DNA of 64,000 bases from a virus (IMGVR_UViG_3300049988_000286:384001-448000), one strand, 5' to 3'; shown: positions 9,202 through 17,305, counted from the first letter of the stretch. The notes: generated by a model from the sequence alone, not told the origin. Made by a program: numbers and translations.

Positions 9202-9209
9202 GTCTCTAT

Positions 9210-9572
9210 TTAGCGCAACGCCGCGTGGCGCGCAATAAGGATCGAGGGTAACCCCCGGCCGCGCTGCTGGCATGACCAATCCCCATACCCATCATAAGTG
9301 AGCGCGGGTTCGAGAAGTTGCAGCAAGGGTACATCGCTCTCGTCAGCGACGAACGCGAGGAAATGATTGTGCTCGACGCCGTAGCGGAACATCGCCTCTT
9401 CGCTATTCAGCCGAAGCCAAGTATCTACCTTCTCGGCCATCAGGTAGAAGGGCGGCATATCGGCGACGCTCACCGTCTTCTTTTCGTTCCAGCCCCGAAT
9501 GTAGTAGGACAAACGATGCCAACTCCGGTTGATCAACCGAGTATAGGAAAAGCGTGTCGTATCTCGGTTCAT
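9210..9572 (-). CDS. hypothetical protein (family-A-like)
   Basis: DTWLRLN...FVADESDVPLL; ATGA coupling to upstream gene. Confidence 0.55.
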   Translation of the reverse strand: MNRDTTRFSYTRLINRSWHRLSYYIRGWNEKKTVSVADMPPFYLMAEKVDTWLRLNSEEAMFRYGVEHNHFLAFVADESDVPLLQLLEPALTYDGYGDWSCQQRGRGLPSILIARHAALR

Positions 9573-9781
9573 GCAAAACGCATGTAGCACAGACGAGCGT
9601 CATCTTCACGCAGGAATTTGGCATCATGAGCACCGACCATGAAGTCCGTGCCATAACTCCCCTCTACGTTGTCGCGCATCCAATATTCGATCGTGCGAGC
9701 AAATGCTGGATCATCGATTAACATCTCGGTGAAGATCACTCGCCATTCAGTCCAAAACTGCCCGACAGCGATTGCCCTCAT
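9569..9781 (-). CDS. paralogue family A protein
   Basis: EYWMRDNVEGSY...KFLREDDARLCYMRFA. Confidence 0.7.
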   Translation of the reverse strand: MRAIAVGQFWTEWRVIFTEMLIDDPAFARTIEYWMRDNVEGSYGTDFMVGAHDAKFLREDDARLCYMRFA

Positions 9782-9963
9782 GAAGCCAAGATGCACAGTT
9801 GAGCATCCCCCTCCTGTGAGAAGTGAACAAACCTCGCACCGTTGGATGTTGACCGCAAGTCGATATCGGCACCGTTAGCCTCTGACCAACAACGCACCCA
9901 ATCCTCCTCATACCCTGATCGTAATCGCAGATAAGTGCGGCCTTTTCTCTTCTCTATCTTCAT
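9778..9963 (-). CDS. paralogue family A protein
   Basis: Start MKIEKR (ATGA overlap); RCWSEANG...HFSQEGDAQLCILAS. Confidence 0.7.
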   Translation of the reverse strand: MKIEKRKGRTYLRLRSGYEEDWVRCWSEANGADIDLRSTSNGARFVHFSQEGDAQLCILAS

Positions 9964-10166
9964 CTGTGAGCCATATAGCAGAGGTCGGCGTCGATACGGT
10001 CTTGAAAGACGATCATATCCTGTGTGCGGATGATCCGCCAGCCTGATTGACAATTTTCCGCCAGCCACTGGGTAAGGACGCGACGATCTCGCGAATAGAG
10101 GATGAAGGAAGCATCGAAAGTCAATTGCCATCCATCCACCCCCGCTTCCATTGCGGAGACCTTCAT
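9960..10166 (-). CDS. paralogue family A protein
   Basis: TQWLAENCQSGW...VFQDRIDADLCYMAHR. Confidence 0.7.
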   Translation of the reverse strand: MKVSAMEAGVDGWQLTFDASFILYSRDRRVLTQWLAENCQSGWRIIRTQDMIVFQDRIDADLCYMAHR

Positions 10167-10393
10167 CGATGCGCCATGTAGGCGAGCAGCGCATCGCCTT
10201 CTTGCTCGAACATCACAACAGTGAAACGGAGCAATCGCTCTTCCACGAACCCTCCTGCCATGTTGGCGTGCAGCCACTCCGAGAATGCTCGACTAGCCCT
10301 CGTGGGCCATCCACCTTCTATCGGTGTCACGAAGCTGACACGCCAGCGGTATCGATCGAGGAATTGACCTTCGTCAATCCGCCGTGCCTTCAA
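10163..10393 (-). CDS. paralogue family A protein
   Basis: SEWLHANMAGGF...MFEQEGDALLAYMAHR. Confidence 0.7.
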   Translation of the reverse strand: MKARRIDEGQFLDRYRWRVSFVTPIEGGWPTRASRAFSEWLHANMAGGFVEERLLRFTVVMFEQEGDALLAYMAHR

Positions 10394-10485
10394 CCGCGAT
10401 CGGTATCAAGTCCGCCTCCGAGCGCGAGCACGAACAGGGCGGGGACGATGAGCGCCATCGAGAGCGCCAATTTAATTCTCTCCAT
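10390..10485 (-). CDS. 31-aa membrane peptide
   Basis: GGAGG SD, one hydrophobic helix. Confidence 0.5.
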   Translation of the reverse strand: MERIKLALSMALIVPALFVLALGGGLDTDRG

Positions 10486-10541
10486 ACGATCCTCCACGAA
10501 TATGAGGTATCGTAGCCGTGCCGATCGTCTTTGTGCAATAT

Positions 10542-10829
10542 CTATGAGAAGGCTAGATAGCAGAGTTCCGCATCGACGGGATCGGCGAAGCAAAGTAGAT
10601 TATGCGATCTGCCGTGTTGCCGCCAAAGCCCCGAATTGCTCGCACACCACTCGTGCACGCGCGTCGGCATACCGTCAAAGAGCACCTGTGTCCAAACCGT
10701 ATGCCCGGCGTGGACGCGTTGCGGTATGACTGCCAAGGCCTTGTATGTTCTTGGCTGGAGGAGGTCGATAGGACGCCACCCCCTCATTGCCGCTTTCGAT
10801 AGCCACGGCAACGGCATCAACTTCGTCAC
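10542..10829 (-). CDS. paralogue family A protein
   Basis: HEWCASNSGLW...CFADPVDAELCYLAFS. Confidence 0.7.
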   Translation of the reverse strand: MTKLMPLPWLSKAAMRGWRPIDLLQPRTYKALAVIPQRVHAGHTVWTQVLFDGMPTRVHEWCASNSGLWRQHGRSHNLLCFADPVDAELCYLAFS

Positions 10830-11041
10830 GAAACCGAAACCGTCTCCATGAAGACACGGAGCGCCGCATCGTAACTGTCCGCGTCCATCACGGCGAGACG
10901 CATCTCGGTGATGTCCTGCTGGCTCACCCCACCGCGCCTCATCGCTTCCGCGACCCTCCCCATCAGCGCGCCGGTGTTGCCGCTCGTGCCGGAGAGTTGC
11001 ACCTCAATGTCAGGGAAGCGGGGTTCCTTCATAGTCTCCAC
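10826..11041 (-). CDS. conserved small phage protein
   Basis: PRFPDIEVQLSG..GN..ALMGRV..AMRRGG pattern typical of a small phage protein family. Confidence 0.65.
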   Translation of the reverse strand: METMKEPRFPDIEVQLSGTSGNTGALMGRVAEAMRRGGVSQQDITEMRLAVMDADSYDAALRVFMETVSVS

Positions 11042-11385
11042 TCTCGCTCAAAAGCCTTGTTCTTGATCTGGTTGCGCCGATTCCCGGATCGCGTCAATGC
11101 TATTCCAAGCAACCCGGCGAGCAATCCCACAACGCCGATAATGTAGATGCGATCATGATGCACCCCGTAGCGATAGGCCGCGTATGCCATCATCGCGGCT
11201 GCCCCGAAGCCATAGAGCATCAGGACAAAGCCTAGCATCGTCAGGGGATGAGCGCCCGTGTTGCGCCGACGAGCAACATCATAGACGCTCTTCGCCTCCC
11301 AACCGCGCTGGAAGCTCTGCTGATCAACGGTAGCGTCGTTGAGACGCTCGTAGGCGCGCTGCAAGGCTTGCTGTTCGATGCTCAT
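11029..11385 (-). CDS. membrane protein (2 TM)
   Basis: Two hydrophobic helices. Confidence 0.6.
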   Translation of the reverse strand: MSIEQQALQRAYERLNDATVDQQSFQRGWEAKSVYDVARRRNTGAHPLTMLGFVLMLYGFGAAAMMAYAAYRYGVHHDRIYIIGVVGLLAGLLGIALTRSGNRRNQIKNKAFEREWRL

Positions 11386-11389
11386 GTGA

Positions 11390-11917
11390 TCACCCCACCG
11401 CGAATTGAAGTTCATCGTGAAGGCCGTCCTGTAGCTGCCGTGTCGATATCGTTCCTTCAGCCCACGGCTGAATCGATCCCGTCCATAGCGGCTGTTGCTG
11501 TACGTAGACACGATGATCGTACGTCAATTGTGTGAGCAATATTTTAAGCGTATCCCGATTTGTAATGCTGACAAACTCAACACGGTTCGACTCACCGTTA
11601 GAGACTAGGGACCATATCGAAAATGCTTTGATTGCGTCCTTGTGCCAGAATGGGAACCGCAGGGTCGCTACCAGCTTGAACGGTGGCTTCTTTGGTTTCT
11701 CTGGCTTCCGCCGCGATTGCGCGTCTCGTTGCAGCCGATCGTTCTTCAACTTATAGCGGCGCGCGATCTGGAGCAGCACCTCGCGCTCGTACTTTACCGT
11801 GGGATCAGGGAAGAGACGGTTGAGCACCCAGTCTGCGATACGGTCCCAGCGCGTCAACTGCACTGCGATCTCCTCGCCCGCCTCTGGTGCTGAACCGAAT
11901 TTTCCAAACGACATCAT
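11390..11917 (-). CDS. hypothetical protein
   Basis: AGGAG SD before MMSFGK; CGAACT-box promoter upstream. Confidence 0.6.
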   Translation of the reverse strand: MMSFGKFGSAPEAGEEIAVQLTRWDRIADWVLNRLFPDPTVKYEREVLLQIARRYKLKNDRLQRDAQSRRKPEKPKKPPFKLVATLRFPFWHKDAIKAFSIWSLVSNGESNRVEFVSITNRDTLKILLTQLTYDHRVYVQQQPLWTGSIQPWAEGTISTRQLQDGLHDELQFAVG

Positions 11918-11966
11918 GCCTGATCTCCTATCACGCCAGTGCCATAGTTCGCTATAAGCTGCAAGG

Positions 11967-12293
11967 CTATAACCAACCCACGCTCTGTTTCCAGAAGTAC
12001 CCCCACCCCTTCGTGAGACCGCCATGCTGGATGGCTGCGAGAACGAAGTCGCTTTCGCGCATCAACAACGCGTGCCTGATCTCGCGACCACGTAGTTGCG
12101 ATGCTGCCAAGGATTCGCAGATCGCGAGCATCGATCTGGAACCTCGACGCTCCACCACGGCGAGTTCACACGAGGCTGTCATATCGAGTTCACAACGCAC
12201 GACAGGTATGCGTTGATCTCTAGTCCAAAGGAGGAATTCACGACAATGGCGAAAATCGCGATGCAGGGCAGTGACCCCAATGGAGCCCCTCAT
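11967..12293 (-). CDS. paralogue family B protein
   Basis: LLWTRDQRIPV...LLMRESDFVL resembles family B (EWCR..VP...IVRDRDFDLL). Confidence 0.55.
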   Translation of the reverse strand: MRGSIGVTALHRDFRHCREFLLWTRDQRIPVVRCELDMTASCELAVVERRGSRSMLAICESLAASQLRGREIRHALLMRESDFVLAAIQHGGLTKGWGYFWKQSVGWL

Positions 12294-12463
12294 CGATCCG
12301 CTGTTGCTGATAGCTCAATTTGGCGGCGACCTTCCTTAATCTCCCGCGCCACCATTTCGGCGAATAGTTGTTTCAGGTGAATGCCACGGAAACGGGCGAT
12401 CTCCCGCAAGGCACGATTGTCGTCGCCGGAGACATAGAACTGCTTGGAGACGATCTCGCTCAT
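12290..12463 (-). CDS. ribbon-helix-helix DNA-binding protein (57 aa, below ORF-track cutoff)
   Basis: MSEIVSKQFYVSGDDNRALREIARFRGIHLKQLFAEMVAREIKEG; ATGA overlaps at both ends. Confidence 0.6.
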   Translation of the reverse strand: MSEIVSKQFYVSGDDNRALREIARFRGIHLKQLFAEMVAREIKEGRRQIELSATADR

Positions 12464-13233
12464 CGGGGCATCTCCGCAAATACCCGGTCACATGCCCGCA
12501 ACAGCGCGTTGACGCGGCGGAACGGCACATCGGGGTTGATGATGTCGGCACAGGGACTTGGACGATACGCCGCCATCGAGGCGCGGCTGATCTCCTCGTT
12601 ACAGAGGCGTCGAAGACCATCAACGGCGTCGCGCAGCCCGGTTTGCTCCGACCGGTTGATCTCCTCGATCTTCTTCGCAATTCCCCGCATGAGGATCATG
12701 CAATCCATTGCGGGATCAAGGGCTCCGATCTCTACGTTGTGCTCACCCTCTTTGGTGATGCTCGTCATCACTCGCGCGAGGATCGCTGTGACCTCATGCG
12801 CGGGCGTCCCCACTGGTGTTATGCAGAGCGATCGGTCTTCGCTGCTCCGCGTCAGCGCCTCTGCGCTTTCGGCCTCTACCTCCTGATCGGCGATAACGCC
12901 ATAGTGGTTCGCAGTGATGTGCCGCAGCCGCATGATCTTCTCCTCGCGCCCGTCCATGAAGGCAAAGCGGATTTTGGTCAACCCGCGCTTGACTCCATAG
13001 TCAATCGGCGGTAGCTCTACTGTATTCCGCCACCGAGCCGTTCCCGCGATGGGGAGTCTCCGGCAACGAAGCGGATACAAGATAGATGAGACAGGGGGAG
13101 AGACACCCTGACGCCAAGAAGACTTGGAGTGTTTCATCAGGGCTTTGCGGGGTATGCAGAACCCCGGCGGCATTCTAAAGCCGTGCGCAAGCCATTGGGG
13201 TTGGATTCCCCGGCCTGTGTTCTTGGGTACCAC
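12460..13233 (-). CDS. hypothetical protein (true start probably near 12960-13020)
   Basis: C-terminal part looks coding and helical; N-terminal extension doubtful. Confidence 0.5.
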   Translation of the reverse strand: MVPKNTGRGIQPQWLAHGFRMPPGFCIPRKALMKHSKSSWRQGVSPPVSSILYPLRCRRLPIAGTARWRNTVELPPIDYGVKRGLTKIRFAFMDGREEKIMRLRHITANHYGVIADQEVEAESAEALTRSSEDRSLCITPVGTPAHEVTAILARVMTSITKEGEHNVEIGALDPAMDCMILMRGIAKKIEEINRSEQTGLRDAVDGLRRLCNEEISRASMAAYRPSPCADIINPDVPFRRVNALLRACDRVFAEMPR

Positions 13234-13282
13234 AGTGGGGTGGCGAATAGAGGCATGACCTCAACCTCGCCGCCCCACAGTA

Positions 13283-13495
13283 TTAACCCGCGTGAGCAAG
13301 ATAGCAGAGTTGCGCATCCTCGACGCTGGTAAAATAGATATAGCGGGTGAAGCTATAAATCGGCGCGAGCGAGTGATCGTGCGCCCACGCGAGCACTGCC
13401 TCGAAGTTATCCGCAACCGTTACATGAGCTTTGACGGCTACCCGGCCATGACCGATCGTGTTTAACTCACGTTCTTCGATGTAGAGGCGTGTCAT
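13283..13495 (-). CDS. paralogue family A protein
   Basis: LAWAHDH...IYFTSVEDAQLCYLAHAG. Confidence 0.7.
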   Translation of the reverse strand: MTRLYIEERELNTIGHGRVAVKAHVTVADNFEAVLAWAHDHSLAPIYSFTRYIYFTSVEDAQLCYLAHAG

Positions 13496-13515
13496 AGAAT
13501 AAGGACGAGGCCTAT

Positions 13516-13544
13516 AAAAGAGGCCCGGAATTGCTTCCGGGCCT
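13516..13544 (-). terminator. intrinsic terminator
   Basis: AGGCCCGG-8nt-CCGGGCCT then CTTTT on minus strand. Confidence 0.7.
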
Positions 13545-13550
13545 AGCTGG

Positions 13551-13670
13551 TTATTCGGCGGGCCGGGGCTGCGGGGCGATCCTCGACGCCTCGGTGACGG
13601 GCAGACCCGCCTCCGTGGGGACGTAGATCAGCGTCGCCTTGCTGTTCTCGATCGCCTGAATCTCGCTCCA
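13551..13670 (-). pseudogene. C-terminal remnant of an SPFH/band-7-like phage membrane protein
   Basis: WSEIQAIENSKATLIYVPTEAGLPVTEASR; no start codon, in-frame TAG directly upstream. Confidence 0.5.
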
Positions 13671-13741
13671 CTAGCCCTCGTCTCTTTGGATATCGACCAT
13701 GAACCAGTTGATCTCCAAACAATCACCGCACAGACGATCGC

Positions 13742-14107
13742 TTAATCGTCCATCAGCGACATGCCAAGTCCGAGTAGCCCCACCGTCGTCGCGGTCCCGA
13801 GGACCGTTCCCGCCGCACCGGCGAAGAGATCATCGGTGGTGCCCCGTGATGGCTGCTGCATGATCTGGATGGCAGCCAACACCGCGTAGGGATTGTGGGG
13901 CGCGGGTTCACCACGCTGGGCTCGCTTCTCCTCCTCGATGAGCCGCCGCCCCCATGCGATGAGCTTCTCGTTCTGGATGCGGCGTTCCTCGTCGGTCATC
14001 GGCACCGGTTCGGGTCGGGGTTCGACTTTCGGCGAACGCAGACCGAAGTAGAGCATGACGCCAACGCAACCGAGAAACGCGAGTGTGAACCAGTGTAGAA
14101 GGGACAT
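13742..14107 (-). CDS. membrane-anchored hypothetical protein
   Basis: N-terminal TM, AGGAG SD, TTGACC promoter with CGAACT. Confidence 0.6.
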   Translation of the reverse strand: MSLLHWFTLAFLGCVGVMLYFGLRSPKVEPRPEPVPMTDEERRIQNEKLIAWGRRLIEEEKRAQRGEPAPHNPYAVLAAIQIMQQPSRGTTDDLFAGAAGTVLGTATTVGLLGLGMSLMDD

Positions 14108-14150
14108 AATCTTCTCCTTTACGTCCCTTTACACCATCGTTATAGTTCGG

Positions 14151-14408
14151 TCAACGCCAATCGCCCATGTCGAACACGCGACCGAGATAGATACGGACAA
14201 TCTCGTAATCACGCTCACGGATGATCACGCAATAAAGACCGGGCGCGTTTCCGAGATCATCATCCCGAAGCTTTCCTAGAATCGCACGACTGCCCTTGAG
14301 CCAAGATGGTAGACCGCCTTTCCACAACATCCCAACATCGTTGGCGCGGCACCATCGGGCGAACGGGACGATCCCCGCCTTGATCATGATTCTTCGGTTC
14401 ACACGCAC
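14151..14408 (-). CDS. paralogue family B protein
   Basis: ARWCRAN...GSR...VIIRERDYEIVRIYLG. Confidence 0.65.
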   Translation of the reverse strand: MRVNRRIMIKAGIVPFARWCRANDVGMLWKGGLPSWLKGSRAILGKLRDDDLGNAPGLYCVIIRERDYEIVRIYLGRVFDMGDWR

Positions 14409-14638
14409 ACCAGATTGCCACCAAGGTATTCCCGCACGGCTTTGAGGTCACGATCCCGGATGATATAAGCACGGATGAGCAACACGTGACCCGCAAATTC
14501 GTAACCGTGCCAGCGACGCGATCCTACGCGGGTCACCACGAACGGATCAAGGGTTTTATATTCCCAGAGGATTGGTATGCGCATCGCCCGGCACCAAACC
14601 ATCAAGGACGGTGGCCGCGCTTGCGTGATGACCCTCAT
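14399..14638 (-). CDS. paralogue family B protein
   Basis: MVWCRAMRIP...GSR...IIRDRDLKAVREYLG. Confidence 0.65.
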   Translation of the reverse strand: MRVITQARPPSLMVWCRAMRIPILWEYKTLDPFVVTRVGSRRWHGYEFAGHVLLIRAYIIRDRDLKAVREYLGGNLVCV

Positions 14639-15182
14639 CGAAGCACCCTCAAATTACACAGATAGAGGGTAAGGAGGTCGATCCGTGATTGCCTTGAATT
14701 ATATTGCACCGAAGAGGAGGATGCGGCACTGATCAAGCTGGCTTTCGAGGGTATGTAATGTTCTGGGTTCTTTGCGAGAACGACGACGATCAGGACGACC
14801 CGAACGTCGTGTTCGACACAGATGGCAGTTTGGCTGTCTTTACAGATGCGGAGGCCTGATGAAGCTATGTTGGATGGGGATTCATCGCTACATGACATGG
14901 TGGCCCCCATATCTAGATCATAAGGTTGTTCAGCAGCCACAATGGACTTCATGTCGTTATTGCGGCAAATGGAAAAGACGCTACACGGTAAAGTGAACGG
15001 CATGGCGTCAAAGCCGTCCCCACCACCGCCCTCCTTTGTCATGCGATTGTTCTGTGAATACGCGAAAAATCTCCATTGATGTGCTGTCCCGCTCGCACAA
15101 TCATGCAGATGGGAACTGCATTACGCCGCCCCCATTCGAGCACATCTATGAGCGAACAATCGACTTCGATGATCCGGTTCAT
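14635..15182 (-). pseudogene. split family B paralogue (5' half 15039-15182, 3' half about 14635-14700)
   Basis: MNRIIEVD..LEWGRRNAVP stops at 15039; ...RIDLLTLYLCN appears about 340 nt further on. Confidence 0.5.
14859..14996 (+). CDS. 45-aa Zn-binding peptide (DUF1660-like)
   Basis: GGAGG SD; MKLCWMGIHRY...CRYCGKWK. Confidence 0.55.
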   Translation: MKLCWMGIHRYMTWWPPYLDHKVVQQPQWTSCRYCGKWKRRYTVK

Positions 15183-15430
15183 CGCACCACCTCCACTGAT
15201 CCCACATACAGGGTAAGTAGGTCGAAGTCACGATCGCGGACGATGATCCGGTAGGAACGTGATATCCGCGAGAACTTACTATAGCGAGCGAGGATGCGCC
15301 GCGACCCAATCGTCTTCAATTCCGGATTATAATTTAGACGCGGCACATAGAGCAATGCCGGAACGCCAGCGCTGCGGCACCATTCCATCAGGGTGACGAG
15401 GGGAGCGTGGACCTTGATGAGACGGTTCAT
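15179..15430 (-). CDS. paralogue family B protein
   Basis: MNRLIKV..MEWCRSAGVP...GSR...IIVRDRDFDLLTLYVG. Confidence 0.65.
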   Translation of the reverse strand: MNRLIKVHAPLVTLMEWCRSAGVPALLYVPRLNYNPELKTIGSRRILARYSKFSRISRSYRIIVRDRDFDLLTLYVGSVEVVR

Positions 15431-15759
15431 CCATCCATCCCGTTCAACCGTAGAGCGACCTCCTCCGGGGTTCCCAACACGTTGTAGTCCTCCCCCACCT
15501 CCATGACGATCTGGGTAACGCCCGCATCGTATTCCAAGATGGATACGACATGCCGGGGATTGACCCAAACGTTGCCCACGCCCTGCCACGCACCCCACTG
15601 CGCACCGGCCTGCGGCAGTGTAGTGGGGAGACGCTGACGAGCGGCTCGTATGAACGGTATGAACATCCCCCGTGTATGCGCGCGCGGAGACGGGGGTGCA
15701 ATAAAGGCTTCCGGGGATCGATAGTTTGGGGAGGGTGGTGCCCACTGACCGACTTGCAC
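15427..15759 (-). CDS. hypothetical protein with FlbD-like C-terminus
   Basis: WVNPRHVVSILE...TQIVM...VLGTPEEV. Confidence 0.5.
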   Translation of the reverse strand: MQVGQWAPPSPNYRSPEAFIAPPSPRAHTRGMFIPFIRAARQRLPTTLPQAGAQWGAWQGVGNVWVNPRHVVSILEYDAGVTQIVMEVGEDYNVLGTPEEVALRLNGMDG

Positions 15760-15819
15760 GGTCCATCTCCGGGTTACAAATCCGGCACAGCGCTATCTCT
15801 GTTTAGCGGGCAGAAGCAA

Positions 15820-15907
15820 TGGCGGGCGAGGTGGGATTCGAACCCACGGAACCTTGCGGTTCGTCACGTTAGCAGTGTGGTGGTTTCGGCCTCTCACCCA
15901 CTCGCCC
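15820..15907 (-). tRNA. tRNA-Ser(GCU)
   Basis: Class II cloverleaf, loop CT-GCT-AA, G73, CCA; anticodon stem has 27:43 and 31:39 mismatches. Confidence 0.85.
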
Positions 15908-15922
15908 GTATTCTATAGCTGA

Positions 15923-16010
15923 TGGTGGAATCGGTGGGATTCGAACCCACGGAACCTTGCGGTTCACTCGCTTTCCAAGCGAGCCCGATCGGCCACTCTG
16001 GCACGATTCC
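15923..16010 (-). tRNA. tRNA-Ser(GGA)
   Basis: Class II cloverleaf, loop TT-GGA-AA, CCA. Confidence 0.9.
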
Positions 16011-16023
16011 ATATCAGAAACTC

Positions 16024-16113
16024 TGGAGGAGCCGACCCGATTCGAACGGGTGAGACCTTGCGGTCTGCTCGTTTTCAAGACGAGTGCGTTAAACCGGGCT
16101 CCGCCACGGCTCC
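16024..16113 (-). tRNA. tRNA-Ser(UGA)
   Basis: Class II cloverleaf, loop CT-TGA-AA, CCA. Confidence 0.9.
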
Positions 16114-16114
16114 T

Positions 16115-16483
16115 TTATGTCAGACCAAGTTCCTGCATGTCAACCGAAGGAACGGTCCAATTCTTTATCCTTTTACCCCAGATGGCCTTCATCCTCGGTA
16201 AAGTGAGGGGCTCGATCCGAAGAGCGCCGCAATCAGCACCCAAGTAGTCCGCAAGAAACTCATCTCGCGACTGGCGTAATCCTCGTGCATCACCGAAAAC
16301 ATCCTCGCCGAACATGACACCAACATGTCGCGGAACAGTGTCCCAAACATCGTCGAAGATTCCTACTAGGGTTCCGCCATGAAGATCGTGCAGCGTCGCC
16401 GCCATCACCATGCATTCACCGCGTTGATAACGCTCTAGCGCCGACCTGTCATCATCGAAAGCGTCGATCTCAAAAATTCGCAT
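16115..16483 (-). CDS. late protein with putative papain-like Cys-His-Asp triad
   Basis: TAAATA+4 nt+ATG (MRIFEID); GECMVMA...PRHVGV...FGDARG. Confidence 0.55.
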   Translation of the reverse strand: MRIFEIDAFDDDRSALERYQRGECMVMAATLHDLHGGTLVGIFDDVWDTVPRHVGVMFGEDVFGDARGLRQSRDEFLADYLGADCGALRIEPLTLPRMKAIWGKRIKNWTVPSVDMQELGLT

Positions 16484-16494
16484 CTGGTATTTAG

Positions 16495-16569
16495 TGGTGC
16501 CCTCGGAAGGAATCAAACCTTACGTTTCCGACGTACCAAGTCGGCGTTCTATCATTGAACTACGAGGGC
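16495..16569 (-). tRNA. tRNA-Thr(GGU)
   Basis: GCCCTCG/CGAGGGC, stem CCGAC/GTCGG, loop TT-GGT-AC, CCA. Confidence 0.85.
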
Positions 16570-16582
16570 GTAGTTGTTAAAC

Positions 16583-16741
16583 CTATAAATCGATTGAAGG
16601 GTCGATCGTCCCCGCACGGGCGAGCAGATCATCTACCCACCGTCGCTCCTCAATCTCACGCTTGATCTCTTCGATCGCTACGCGTGCGGTCTCGGCATCC
16701 ATGTCGCCGACATCGATGTAATGGATTGTGCGCTCGGTCAC
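16583..16741 (-). CDS. 52-aa hypothetical protein
   Basis: GTG start coupled to upstream stop; MTERTIHYIDVGDMDAE. Confidence 0.45.
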   Translation of the reverse strand: MTERTIHYIDVGDMDAETARVAIEEIKREIEERRWVDDLLARAGTIDPSIDL

Positions 16742-16941
16742 GGGTTCTTCTTCAACTGGCGCTGCAACTGTTCGCCGATGCCGCGAATGGTATCCGCGCC
16801 GGAATAGAGGATCGTCGTCTGCTCACCATTGCTGTGCAGCCAAGTCACCAGTGTAGAGTCCTCGGTGACGAAGTTGGCGTTCTCGATGTAGGCGTCTTCC
16901 AGCGCCTCGAAGACGGTCTTGGTAGGGGCGATATTTGTCAT
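16738..16941 (-). CDS. hypothetical protein
   Basis: GGGGG SD, TTGCCG-18-TATAAG promoter. Confidence 0.55.
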   Translation of the reverse strand: MTNIAPTKTVFEALEDAYIENANFVTEDSTLVTWLHSNGEQTTILYSGADTIRGIGEQLQRQLKKNP

Positions 16942-16978
16942 CCCCCCTTATACCTCGACGGGTCGCCGCGCGGCAATA

Positions 16979-17281
16979 TTAAGCCGTGGTGCGACCAGCG
17001 AACATCGTTGAGCAGAGGACGAAACCGGTCTCGTCATCCAGCATAACGGCGATGCGATCATGCTCAACCACAACGACCGAGTGGAAGATCGCATTCTCGT
17101 GGCACCACCGCTCCATCTCTACGGAGAGGGGCGTGGCACCATCGCCAGTAAGGCCGATCATCAGGCGCTCCGCGTTGAACGTGATCTCGACCGACAGAGG
17201 AGTGTAGAAAGCCCTTGCCGACAACATCTTGTTGATCACCGCATCGACGCTTTGATTCCAGAGATGCGCTTTCGATTTCAT
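16979..17281 (-). CDS. family-A-like protein
   Basis: ERWCHEN...VMLDDETGFVL; TTGACA-17-TACCAA promoter with AGTTCG. Confidence 0.55.
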   Translation of the reverse strand: MKSKAHLWNQSVDAVINKMLSARAFYTPLSVEITFNAERLMIGLTGDGATPLSVEMERWCHENAIFHSVVVVEHDRIAVMLDDETGFVLCSTMFAGRTTA

Positions 17282-17305
17282 CCCCGGTTGGTAATCATGC
17301 GCGAA

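Noticed and set aside
13671-13673. Amber (TAG) recoding suggested by in-frame TAG between peptide-like segments
   Set aside because: Core genes are full length in the standard code, many end in TAG, and no suppressor tRNA is present.
15121-15140. Frameshift in the G-run of the truncated family B gene
   Set aside because: Recount gives TGG GGG CGG, which is in frame.
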